This document shows, one piece after another, positions 7,821-17,458 of a DNA stretch of 21,393 nucleotides. The stretch is from contig JAHQWJ010000119.1 of the NCBI GenBank assembly GCA_029856125.1, forward strand, positions 1-21,393, given 5' to 3'. Each line of letters begins with the position of its first letter. Within the stretch, counting starts at the first letter, position 1. The position numbers and the translations under genes are program-made. Below the pieces are notes generated by a model. It was not told where the DNA came from, made no database searches, and worked only from the letters and a program-made list of their open reading frames with translations. This DNA comes from Promethearchaeia archaeon. Its GTDB lineage: Archaea > Asgardarchaeota > Lokiarchaeia > Sigyniarchaeales > SOKP01.

Positions 7821-9071
7821 TTAAAACTTATTAAAAATATCTATTAACTTAGGCGTTAAATTGTCCCAAGTATAGTTTGATAGCTGCTTTGGATCGATTT
7901 CCAAGTTAATTTGGTTAGATGCCAATCTATCTATCAGAGAAATGAATTTCTTGACACCCGCTTCGTGATTATTAACCGGAATTGTGAAACCTAAATTGTT
8001 TTCTTTTAGAAATCTAGCCGTAAAGGAATCCACCCTGCCTAAATAGACTATTTTTTTTCTCATGCTCAGGTAATCCCAAACCTTAAAACTAATTGTTGGG
8101 TAGTCAAAGTTTTCTCCAACATGTAATGTAAGAGTTGATTCCGCTATTTTTTTTAGACATTCATTACGCGGAATAAATCCGTTTAAACTAAAATACTCTG
8201 AAACATTATATTTTTGAATTATATTTGATAAATATTCGAAATTGTATCTTCCAAATATATTAATTTCTAAGGGAACTCCTTTTAATTTCCCTAAATCTTT
8301 GACAGAGGATATAATTTTTATAAGCGGTTTGAGGTCTCTTAGACCATACAATTTTCCTGTGAATGTTAAAATTAATTTGTTAGTTGGAGGAAAAACGACA
8401 TCAGTTGTTAAAGAAGAACTCATATCTAATCCGTTTGGTAAAACAAAAACCTTTTCTTCTTGTATGATTGAAGGAAAAGATTTTAGTAGATATTCTTTTA
8501 ACCCTTCACTTATAGCGATAATAGCGTCAGAGGTTTTCAATACCTTCTTGTCAATTTTATTATAATTCTTTTTTGTAAATTCGGAAACATTTCCTAAGAA
8601 ATATGGATTATCTGACCAAGGATCTCTGTATTCAGTTATGAGTGGGATTTTAAAGATTTTTTTTAGCAGGTATCCTAATGCCAACGAAAAAAAGGGAGGC
8701 GCGGAAGTATAGATTGTTCTAATATGATTCTTTCTTATAATTTGGCAGCTTTTAAGGAAACTTAACGGCAACCAATGGAAAAAAAGAAAGACATTAAAAA
8801 GTTCCTTCAAAAATGATATTTTTTTAACACTCGAAGCCATACCGCTTGAAGAAAAACTTAAATTGTAAACTTGAGTGTTTTTAATCAAGGGTGAGTCAAC
8901 AGCTTTTAAAAGTTCTTTGTCGATTGGAGCGTTTTTATTATTTTTTGCACTTACAACAAAGATTTTATAATCAGATTCTATTAATCTTCTTGTGAATTCT
9001 GTAGCTCTATTACTAAGGATATTGCTATAAGGGGGAAAATGATATGATATGTATAATATTTCTTTAGTCAT
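7821..9071 (-). CDS. Glycosyltransferase family 4 (GT-B)
   Basis: ILYISYHFPP, TSAPP, EYRDPW, VLPNG, TFTGKLY, FKVWDYL, C-terminal YTW. Confidence 0.85.
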   Translation of the reverse strand: MTKEILYISYHFPPYSNILSNRATEFTRRLIESDYKIFVVSAKNNKNAPIDKELLKAVDSPLIKNTQVYNLSFSSSGMASSVKKISFLKELFNVFLFFHWLPLSFLKSCQIIRKNHIRTIYTSAPPFFSLALGYLLKKIFKIPLITEYRDPWSDNPYFLGNVSEFTKKNYNKIDKKVLKTSDAIIAISEGLKEYLLKSFPSIIQEEKVFVLPNGLDMSSSLTTDVVFPPTNKLILTFTGKLYGLRDLKPLIKIISSVKDLGKLKGVPLEINIFGRYNFEYLSNIIQKYNVSEYFSLNGFIPRNECLKKIAESTLTLHVGENFDYPTISFKVWDYLSMRKKIVYLGRVDSFTARFLKENNLGFTIPVNNHEAGVKKFISLIDRLASNQINLEIDPKQLSNYTWDNLTPKLIDIFNKF

Positions 9072-9210
9072 TGCTTTACAGACAAATTCAATTTTTAATC
9101 AATTTCTGATTATATATATTAAAATCTTCAAATGGTAAAGAATAATAATAAGAGAAATAATAAAATTTTAAAAAATATTATTATATTCAACTTAATTTTT
9201 CTTTTGGCAA

Positions 9211-11253
9211 ATGAATTATCAAAAAGTACTCAAATCGTTAAAAAAAGTTTCATATTTCAATATAATTAACTACTATAAACCAATATTAGAAAAGAAGTTA
9301 AATTCGATTTTTCTTAATAAAAATAAAGTATATTTAAGGAATTCTAGTAAGTCAAATGATATTTTAAAAAAAAATTTTGGAAAAAATCTAGATTTTGATG
9401 AATTTAACAGAGTTTTTTTTAATAAAAGGATATTTAGTTATTCAAATAGTAGAGAGAAGTCAAAAATAATTGAAGAATTAAACCAAAATCACTTCAATTC
9501 GATAAATAAGTATATAAAATTAGCAAATCAGGTTATTTCAAAAGAATTTATTATTTTTGAAAAAAATTATAAGTTTGAAGACAAAATTGATTGGCATTAT
9601 AGCTTTTTTGATGATTTCAGGTGGAAACTTGAGAAATCAGACAAAATAAATATTAGACCAAGATATAAAAGTCATTTTATTGATGTAAAATATGTTTGGG
9701 AATTAAATCGACACCAATTTCTTCCATATTTAGGATTTGCTTATTTTATTACTAAAGATGAGAAATATGCAATAGAATTTAAAAAATTAATTCTTGATTG
9801 GATTGAAAAAAATCCTCCTTTATATGGAATAAATTGGGTTTCAGGATTGGAGATATCCCTAAGGTTAATTTCTTGGATTTTAACACTATTTTTCTTCAAA
9901 GAATCAAAAGAAATTAACGATAAACACTTCTTTTCAAAAATATTTAAAGTTCTGTTTCAACATGCTTATTATCTTAGATATTTCTATGCAAAGCGTTCAT
10001 TAAATCATACTGTTGGGGATCTTTTTGGGGTTTATTTATTCTCTAAAATATTCGAAGAGATTAAACTACTTAAAAAATGGGAAAAAAAATTCTTTAAAAA
10101 ATTAAAAAAACAAATAATCTTGCAAATAAGATCCGATGGTGTTGATATAGAGCAATCTGTTAATTATCATAAGTTTGTATTGGAATTTTTCTCTCTTTTT
10201 GTTATTTTAAATCCTAAACTTATTGATGAATCAGAGGGGGTTTTAATCGAAAAGATGTTTGATTATTTACTTCACTCTATCAAACCCGATTCTCTTTTTC
10301 CTTTAATTGGGGATGTTGATGATGGGAAGGTATTATTCCTCACCAATATTAAAGATAATAAGTTTTTTGATTTGTTAAATGTGGGTTGTATCTTATTTAG
10401 AAAAAAAGAGTTAAAATTCATTACTAAAAAAATATCCCCAATTTCAATCTTATTATTTGGTGAAAAAGGAATTGAAACGTTTAACGAATTAGAATCAATT
10501 GAACCAAACAAAAAATTTGAATATTTTGATAGGTCGGGATATTTTATTATAAGAAATAATTGGACAGAAAATGCTACTTACTTGTTTGTAGATTATGGAA
10601 GATTTGGTGCCTTAGGTGCTGCTCACTCTCATAGTGACATTACTAATATTATCTTCTCTTATAATGGAAAGAATATTTTTATTGATTCTGGAAATTATTC
10701 CTACAATAGATCGTGGAAAGAGAGAAAATATTTCCGAAGCAGTAAGGCACATAACATTTTATCCATTAACAACAAAAACCAAGCCCAATCAATAGGTTGG
10801 TTTAGTTGGGAGAAGAAACCAAAAATTAAAAGAAAAGTGAATTTAAAAGATTCTGTAATTGAATTGAGTTGCCTCCATAATGGGTATCAAGGATTTTTAG
10901 TTAAAAGAAAAATTATAACAAACAGAAACCTTGATGAACTAATCATTGAAGATACTGTATTTCAAAGCAGTAATAAATTCGATGAAAAGCCATCTGATAT
11001 TGATCTATACTTTCATTTTGATAAAGACATCAATTTAAAAGTTGAAAAAAATTCATTGCAAATTGATAATGAATTATTATTTACTGTAAAATCAAATCAA
11101 CAATTTAGTATGAATATTCAAAAATCATTCTATTCTCCGGCTTATGGGCAAAAATATGAAAACAATGCATTGGTTATTCATTTAAGGCATTCTTTTAAGA
11201 AAAATGATAAAATACAAATTATTTCTAAAATAAATCCAATAAAATCTCATTGA
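9211..11253 (+). CDS. Heparinase II/III-like protein (alginate-lyase-like N domain plus Hepar_II_III domain)
   Basis: DVKYVWELNRHQF, NPPLYGINW, LEISLRLISW, NH, DGVDIEQSVNYH, GDVDDG, AHSHSD, IDSGNYSY, AHN, YSPAYG. No signal peptide visible. Confidence 0.9.
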   Translation: MNYQKVLKSLKKVSYFNIINYYKPILEKKLNSIFLNKNKVYLRNSSKSNDILKKNFGKNLDFDEFNRVFFNKRIFSYSNSREKSKIIEELNQNHFNSINKYIKLANQVISKEFIIFEKNYKFEDKIDWHYSFFDDFRWKLEKSDKINIRPRYKSHFIDVKYVWELNRHQFLPYLGFAYFITKDEKYAIEFKKLILDWIEKNPPLYGINWVSGLEISLRLISWILTLFFFKESKEINDKHFFSKIFKVLFQHAYYLRYFYAKRSLNHTVGDLFGVYLFSKIFEEIKLLKKWEKKFFKKLKKQIILQIRSDGVDIEQSVNYHKFVLEFFSLFVILNPKLIDESEGVLIEKMFDYLLHSIKPDSLFPLIGDVDDGKVLFLTNIKDNKFFDLLNVGCILFRKKELKFITKKISPISILLFGEKGIETFNELESIEPNKKFEYFDRSGYFIIRNNWTENATYLFVDYGRFGALGAAHSHSDITNIIFSYNGKNIFIDSGNYSYNRSWKERKYFRSSKAHNILSINNKNQAQSIGWFSWEKKPKIKRKVNLKDSVIELSCLHNGYQGFLVKRKIITNRNLDELIIEDTVFQSSNKFDEKPSDIDLYFHFDKDINLKVEKNSLQIDNELLFTVKSNQQFSMNIQKSFYSPAYGQKYENNALVIHLRHSFKKNDKIQIISKINPIKSH

Positions 11254-11354
11254 AGTTCAAACAATTAGTTTTACTAAAATATTTTTTTTACAATATATTT
11301 TATTACACAATAAAGCATCAGAAATATACCAACTACTTTTAAGTCAATAAAAAA

Positions 11355-13538
11355 ATGAAAAAATTGGAAATTAGTAAAAATGGTCAAGTAACTTTACAAG
11401 AAGCCCGAGAGCCCCAAATTGAAACCAAAGGGGTAATAGTTCATACTAGTTTTGCTTTAATAAGTTCTGGAACAGAATTATCTGTAATTAAATGGAATAG
11501 ATTAATGAATTTACCAATTTATAAACAAATCATTAGATCTAAACATATTCGAAAGCGGATTTTTGCGGAATTAAAAAAGAATACTATAAAAAACGTATTT
11601 AATTTATTTAAAATCTATAAAGAGAGGAGTTCTTATAAAAATTATTCTAGAACATCTAATAGTTCAACACCAATAGGTTATAGTTGCTCTGGAATTGTGG
11701 GAGAATCAAATATAGAAAATCTTCAAATTGATAATAGAGTAGCTTGTGCCGGTTCCTATCACGCTGAAAAAATATTTTCTCCTAAAAATTTGACTGTCAA
11801 AATACCAGATAATGTCAGTCTTGAAGAAGCCGCTTTCGCTACATTGGGTGCAATAGCTTTACAGGGTGTTCACCGAGCAGGTATTAAGCAAGGTGAAAAT
11901 GTTGGAATAATTGGAACTGGTTTAATAGGGTTGATTACTGTTGGATTAGCGAAAGCTGCAGGTGCGAAAGTATTTGCTTTTGACTTAATCAATAACCGGT
12001 TAAATTTAGCAAAAAAATTAGGAGCTGATATTTTAATCAATCCTAACTATCACAACTCAAAATTAGAAGTAGATAGACAGACAGATAGTAAGGGTTTAGA
12101 TTCTATTATCATATGTGCCTCATCAACAACTAATAAACCATTGGAAGACGCTGCTGAATTAATCCGCGATAAGGGTAAAATCGTTATGTTGGGAGCCTTC
12201 CCAATAAATGTTGATCGTAATAAACTTTATTATAAAGAAGTTGATTTACTAATCTCACGGTCCTATGGTCCAGGACGGTATGATGAATCTTACGAATACG
12301 AAGGATTTGATTACCCAAAAAAATATATCCCCTGGACAGAACAACGTAATATGGAATACTTTTTAAACCTAATATCAGAAAAGAAAATAGATGTTAAATC
12401 CTTAATATCAGAAATTATTCCTGCAGAGAATGCTAATGATGCTTATAAGAAATTAGAAATGAATCCAGCAAAAAATATTGCCATTTTATTAAAATTTGAA
12501 AAAGAGGATACTCCACAAATAATCGCTCAAAAAGAAGAGATATTACACAAAGAAATACGTAAAAAATCGTTAATTGGATTAATTGGATGTGGTTCTTTTG
12601 CTCAAGGAGCTCATCTTCCTTTCCTTTTGTCCAATCCACATTGTAAAATAAAGGCAATCTCCACTAATTCCCAGAAAACAGCAGATTTTTGTAAACGGAC
12701 GTACAAACCGGAATATACGACAACCAATTACAAGAAAATTTTGAAAGATCCTGATATTGACACAGTTTTCATCTACACAAGACACGATTCACATGCAAAA
12801 TTCACAATTGATGCAATTAAATCAGGAAAAAATGTCTTTGTTGAAAAACCAATGGGTTTAACGCTAGAAGAGTGTCAAAGGGTATACGACGTAGTGAAGG
12901 CCTCTGAAATGAATTATGTTATTGGCTTTAATAGAAGATACAGTCCTTTAATTAAAATAGCTAAGGATTTATTGCACGATGTTTCGAACCCAATTATAAT
13001 CAATTATCGAATTTCAAGTCAATTCATACCCGGAAGTCACTGGGTCTTCGACCCTAAAGTAGGAGGGGGACCAATTATTGGCGAATTTTGTCATTTTATT
13101 GATTTAGTATTATTTCTAATAAATTCTAAACCAGTTGAGGTAATTGCTCGTGGAGGGGCTATGAGTCATAAAAATACAACAGTTTTTGATAGCTGTGTAG
13201 TTTTACTAAAGTTCGAAAATGGTTCTATAGCGAATTTAGTTTATACAGATTTAAATGGCCCAAAAATGTCAAAAGAACGAATAGAAATTTATTCAGGAGA
13301 TTCAGCAATTATTATTGATGATTTTATAACATTAAATACTAGTGGTTTTGACTTTGGAAATTTACTATTAAGTAAGCAGGATAAAGGTCATAAGAATGAG
13401 TTAGAAAATATTATTCAGACGAATTTAGGATTTAAAGACTCTTTAGTAGGAATAGATGATGCTATGAAATCAATGGAAATTGTATTTAAAACGATTGAAT
13501 CCATAAAAACAAATAAAACCATTCAAATTAATAACTAA
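11355..13538 (+). CDS. Bi-domain oxidoreductase (MDR-type dehydrogenase plus Gfo/Idh/MocA domain)
   Basis: LISSGTE, PIGYSCSG, GTGLIG, SRSYGPGRYD..YE, WTEQRN in the N domain. IGCGSFA, TRHDSHA, FVEKP, GFNRR, GEFCHFID in the C domain. Confidence 0.92.
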   Translation: MKKLEISKNGQVTLQEAREPQIETKGVIVHTSFALISSGTELSVIKWNRLMNLPIYKQIIRSKHIRKRIFAELKKNTIKNVFNLFKIYKERSSYKNYSRTSNSSTPIGYSCSGIVGESNIENLQIDNRVACAGSYHAEKIFSPKNLTVKIPDNVSLEEAAFATLGAIALQGVHRAGIKQGENVGIIGTGLIGLITVGLAKAAGAKVFAFDLINNRLNLAKKLGADILINPNYHNSKLEVDRQTDSKGLDSIIICASSTTNKPLEDAAELIRDKGKIVMLGAFPINVDRNKLYYKEVDLLISRSYGPGRYDESYEYEGFDYPKKYIPWTEQRNMEYFLNLISEKKIDVKSLISEIIPAENANDAYKKLEMNPAKNIAILLKFEKEDTPQIIAQKEEILHKEIRKKSLIGLIGCGSFAQGAHLPFLLSNPHCKIKAISTNSQKTADFCKRTYKPEYTTTNYKKILKDPDIDTVFIYTRHDSHAKFTIDAIKSGKNVFVEKPMGLTLEECQRVYDVVKASEMNYVIGFNRRYSPLIKIAKDLLHDVSNPIIINYRISSQFIPGSHWVFDPKVGGGPIIGEFCHFIDLVLFLINSKPVEVIARGGAMSHKNTTVFDSCVVLLKFENGSIANLVYTDLNGPKMSKERIEIYSGDSAIIIDDFITLNTSGFDFGNLLLSKQDKGHKNELENIIQTNLGFKDSLVGIDDAMKSMEIVFKTIESIKTNKTIQINN

Positions 13539-13561
13539 TTATACTTTTAGAGTTAATTAAA

Positions 13562-14389
13562 ATGTTGATAAATACTGATGATATAATCGATCCTGTTCAA
13601 ATTGAAAATAAGTATGCGATTTTTTCTACTTTTAAAAATGATGTTGTTTTTCACAGAGAAAACATTAATACTCCTATTTTCTGCGGAGGTATTATTAAAT
13701 CTATTAGTCAAAATGTATATAACTTTAAAATTAATGAGCATATTGGATATATTTCATGTAAACAAAGTCCTGATTTAACTTTATCTACTAATCAGATTGT
13801 AAAAATTGCTATTATCAATAATGAAAAACTAATCGCAGTATTGCCATATGCCTCTTATGCTATGAAAATTCTTAGACTTGTAAACCCGAGTTTAAATCAG
13901 AGTATTGCTATTGTTGGGATAAATTTTTTCTCAATTTTATTAGAGAGGTTAATCAAATTATCTGGAGCAAATGTGTCTTTAATTGATTCTAAAGATATTT
14001 CAAAAATTATGCTTGAATTTGATAAGGAAGCTAAAAAATTGAATGGTGCTTCGATTAATACCATAATTTATGACCCATTAACACCTAAAGTGAAAGAATT
14101 TATTTCTAATATAAATTGCAGACATAAAATTGATTTAAACAGCATATCTGTTTATGACAAAGGACTAAATGATAATAATTATATTAAAGGTGTTAAATAT
14201 CCATATTCATATATAAGATGGGACTTTAAAAGAAATTTGGAATATTTCCTTCATTTAATTGACACTAAAAAAGTATTATTAGATTTCTTTGAAGTTCACG
14301 TTATAGAAATAAGTCAATTGGATGAAATGAAGCGAAAAATTAGTGAATTTAGAGAAAATTCTTTAATTCTATTTAAATTATCAATTTAA
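13562..14389 (+). CDS. Degenerate MDR-like protein homologous to the N-terminal domain of the upstream oxidoreductase
   Basis: By-eye alignment: PIFCGGII~PIGYSCSGIV; IAIVGINFFSILLERLIKLSGANV~VGIIGTGLIGLITVGLAKAAGAKV; KYPYSYIRWDFKRNLEYFLHLIDTKKV~DYPKKYIPWTEQRNMEYFLNLISEKKI. Confidence 0.8.
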   Translation: MLINTDDIIDPVQIENKYAIFSTFKNDVVFHRENINTPIFCGGIIKSISQNVYNFKINEHIGYISCKQSPDLTLSTNQIVKIAIINNEKLIAVLPYASYAMKILRLVNPSLNQSIAIVGINFFSILLERLIKLSGANVSLIDSKDISKIMLEFDKEAKKLNGASINTIIYDPLTPKVKEFISNINCRHKIDLNSISVYDKGLNDNNYIKGVKYPYSYIRWDFKRNLEYFLHLIDTKKVLLDFFEVHVIEISQLDEMKRKISEFRENSLILFKLSI

Positions 14390-14413
14390 TTAGACCCATT
14401 TATTCAATAATGA

Positions 14414-15661
14414 TTATATTACTTTCTGTAAGATATCAATAAAATCGTAATATCTCTTTTCCCATAGAAATTCATTAATAACTCTATTGTATCCATGCTT
14501 TCCCATTTCAGTTCTTATTTCTTCTTTGTCGAATAAATATAACATCTTCTCAATTAGATCCTCTAAATTATTTGGTTTTACTAATAATCCTGATTTACCA
14601 TTTTTAACCGCGTCTCGAATTCCACCTGAATATGATCCAATAACGGGAACTTTATTGTAATTTGCTTCTAAAAATACTAACCCAAAGCCCTCAATTGAAT
14701 CATTTGTTGTAATTGAGGGCATAACAAAAATATCTGCTAATTTGTATAATTCATTTCTAATACTATTCTCGCATTCTCCAAAAAATTTTACTGTATCTTC
14801 CAATTCTAATTCTTTAGTTAAATCTTTCAAATATTTTGTAGAGGTCCCTTTACCAACTGAAAAATATTTAATATCTGAATTTGGTCGCTTTTCTTTAATA
14901 ATTTTTATAGCTCTAATCACTAAATCAAATTTTTTCCTTGGAACATGCCATCCAACGCTTAAAATTATAAATGTTTTTTCTGAAATATTATATTTTTTTC
15001 TTAATTCCTCTCTTGATTCATTTATTGTGTAATCCTCTGGAAAGATTGCTAAAGGTAAAATTTCAATTTTCCTTTCATTTATATTATGAATTCTTTGAAA
15101 GAAAAATTTAGTTGTATCTCCTAAAACTATTACTTTGTTAATATTTTTAAAATAAATTGTCTTCAAATGAAATGTTTTCTCCAACGGCTTGTTTTTTAAA
15201 AAGTCATTTCCATAGGTAAAAGAAATAGCTTCTTTATTAAGTAGCTTTGAGAGGAAAAAAATTAAAGGAAGGGTTTTAGAAGGGAAACCCCCAACTATAA
15301 TGTCCACATCTAATTTTCTTAAATAAGGTATGATGTTAACAACATTATTAAAGACGATAACTAGATTTCTTGGATTAATCCATAAATAAAAAATTATCTT
15401 TAATTTATCTTTTAATGATGTGTTTTTATCTCTAAGTAATTTTTTCATCGATATAAAGAGGTAATAAAAAAATTGCTTATTTATTTTTAAATGCTTTATA
15501 CTTACAATTAGATTATTATAAACTCGATTGCTTTTATGATAAGGATTGAATACATATAGTTTATGATTTTTGTTTTGAAAAGCTTTACATAATGAATTCA
15601 AATGATGACTGATTCCACCCTTTAATGGATAAAACGCATCTGTTATTAAAGCAATCCTCAG
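14414..15661 (-). CDS. Glycosyltransferase family 4 (GT-B), probable CTG start
   Basis: SVGWHVPRKKFD, DIFVMPS, EGFGLVFLEA, PVIGSYSGG. The frame extends upstream of the track's TTG (15601) to LRIALITDAFYPLKGGI starting at CTG 15661. Confidence 0.88.
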   Translation of the reverse strand: MRIALITDAFYPLKGGISHHLNSLCKAFQNKNHKLYVFNPYHKSNRVYNNLIVSIKHLKINKQFFYYLFISMKKLLRDKNTSLKDKLKIIFYLWINPRNLVIVFNNVVNIIPYLRKLDVDIIVGGFPSKTLPLIFFLSKLLNKEAISFTYGNDFLKNKPLEKTFHLKTIYFKNINKVIVLGDTTKFFFQRIHNINERKIEILPLAIFPEDYTINESREELRKKYNISEKTFIILSVGWHVPRKKFDLVIRAIKIIKEKRPNSDIKYFSVGKGTSTKYLKDLTKELELEDTVKFFGECENSIRNELYKLADIFVMPSITTNDSIEGFGLVFLEANYNKVPVIGSYSGGIRDAVKNGKSGLLVKPNNLEDLIEKMLYLFDKEEIRTEMGKHGYNRVINEFLWEKRYYDFIDILQKVI

Positions 15662-15672
15662 CCCTCTCTCTT

Positions 15673-17313
15673 TTATAAGATTCTTTTCAGGAATTTCAAT
15701 AACCTCTTAATAACGCGATATGGGAATTTATCAGTACTTAGTAATGCTTCTAAAAATTCAATTTCTTTGCGAGAAAAAATTTTAAAAAGTATATTTAAAA
15801 GAAAATACATTAGTAAGAACGATATTAAACTTAAAACACTTAAATTCTTAAAAAGTAATAAATTGAGATTTTGGAGAACATTTATTCGTATCTCTCTGAA
15901 TAATATATCTTCTAAAATAACAGCTAAAAATAAAGAAATAAAAAATATTAAATATTGGAAAAATATTTTATTGATTTTTATTTTGACATTTCCAATTTTA
16001 ATGCTTATTAACAGCTGAATTAGAAATACAATGAATTTTGAGATTATTAATCCAATAATAGCGCCAACTATACCATAAAAAACAATTCCAATAAAGAATA
16101 AGGGTATAATTATAAATAAATTAATAGTTGTTAATATCGGCAGAATTTTAATTTTATTTTTTGCATTTAATAGTGGTATAAGGATATTTCCTAAAACAGA
16201 AAAAATGATCGTTATTAAGTATAATTTAACAATTGTTGAATAAATTAAGTATGATTCTCCATAAACCAATATTAGAAAAAAATCAGTTAAAATGTATAGA
16301 GCCCCTGAAATTAATAACATCAAAAACAGCGAATATTTAAAGGTCATATTATATATTTGAGTAATTTGGTTGTGTTCTTTTTTAACATCTAAACTGGAAA
16401 AGGATGTGATTAAGGGGTTGGAAAAGGAAGATGCTGCTGTTAGAGAGATATGGGAATAATATTTTGAGATAGTAAAACCAGTTATTGTACTTAAGGGTTC
16501 AAATCCACCTATTATAGGAGTCTGAATTTGTTTCCACGTCTCATTTAAGAATATGTTAATACTTAAAGGAGTTCCATATTTTGTTAATTTTGAAAGAATT
16601 TTTTTAAAAGAGTCCTTTGGTTCTCCAGTAGGTTTAATATTAAAATAAATTTTTATGAAAATTAGACTACTTACTAAAAATGGAATTAAGTATGATAATA
16701 AGTTTAGTAACGCAATTATTTCAAGATTAGTTATTCCAAATATTAAGCATATTATAAGAGCCGAAATATAAAAAGAAAATTTTAATAGGGTTAAGAGGAA
16801 AATTAGTTTATATTTAAATAAACCTTGGTAAATAGAATCTAATAAGGTACTTAATCCCATTATAAAAATAAGTGGTGATAAAAGAAATAAAAGGTTGGTG
16901 TAACCTAATAAATACATAGAAAAAAAGGATTGCAATAAATAAAAAATAATCACACTTATGAAGAAAATAATTAATGCAAATAATGTTTTAAGATAAAGAC
17001 AGGCTTTTATCATCCTTTTTAAATTATTATTTTGATTCAAAGCAACGTATCTTGGAATATAATAATTCAATGAGAAAGTTAGAGCTGGAGGAAAAAATGA
17101 TAAAATTAGTGAAACAATGTTAATATAGGCCATTGCTAATAGGAAAAAACCCCATAATTCTTGCGAAATTAGTCTAGCCATAAAAAAAGAAATAATAATT
17201 TGAAAGATAAAAATTCCATAACTATTGAATAAAGAGTAAAATGCACTTTTAGCAAATTTTCTATGATCTGTGCTAATAATTCCGACTTTCTCAGAATCTT
17301 TCATATTCCTCAT
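15673..17313 (-). CDS. Oligosaccharide flippase (Wzx/MOP superfamily)
   Basis: About 14 TM segments; FFMARLISQELWG, YYIPRY, KYGTPL, LVYGESY motifs. Confidence 0.85.
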   Translation of the reverse strand: MRNMKDSEKVGIISTDHRKFAKSAFYSLFNSYGIFIFQIIISFFMARLISQELWGFFLLAMAYINIVSLILSFFPPALTFSLNYYIPRYVALNQNNNLKRMIKACLYLKTLFALIIFFISVIIFYLLQSFFSMYLLGYTNLLFLLSPLIFIMGLSTLLDSIYQGLFKYKLIFLLTLLKFSFYISALIICLIFGITNLEIIALLNLLSYLIPFLVSSLIFIKIYFNIKPTGEPKDSFKKILSKLTKYGTPLSINIFLNETWKQIQTPIIGGFEPLSTITGFTISKYYSHISLTAASSFSNPLITSFSSLDVKKEHNQITQIYNMTFKYSLFLMLLISGALYILTDFFLILVYGESYLIYSTIVKLYLITIIFSVLGNILIPLLNAKNKIKILPILTTINLFIIIPLFFIGIVFYGIVGAIIGLIISKFIVFLIQLLISIKIGNVKIKINKIFFQYLIFFISLFLAVILEDILFREIRINVLQNLNLLLFKNLSVLSLISFLLMYFLLNILFKIFSRKEIEFLEALLSTDKFPYRVIKRLLKFLKRIL

Positions 17314-17400
17314 CCAATATCTTAGAAATAAGAGAAATTAACATATAAATTAAAAATTTTTATTTGGGCTTTTATTATATTTTAAATCTCCAGCTTATTT

Positions 17401-17433
17401 TTCAGCAAATTTTAGCAAATTTTATCAAATTTT
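17401..17433. repeat. 10-bp tandem repeat, three copies
   Basis: TTCAGCAAAT TTTAGCAAAT TTTATCAAAT (TTT) in the divergent intergenic region. Confidence 0.75.
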
Positions 17434-17458
17434 TTTAATTCATTTAATTAGATTATTT

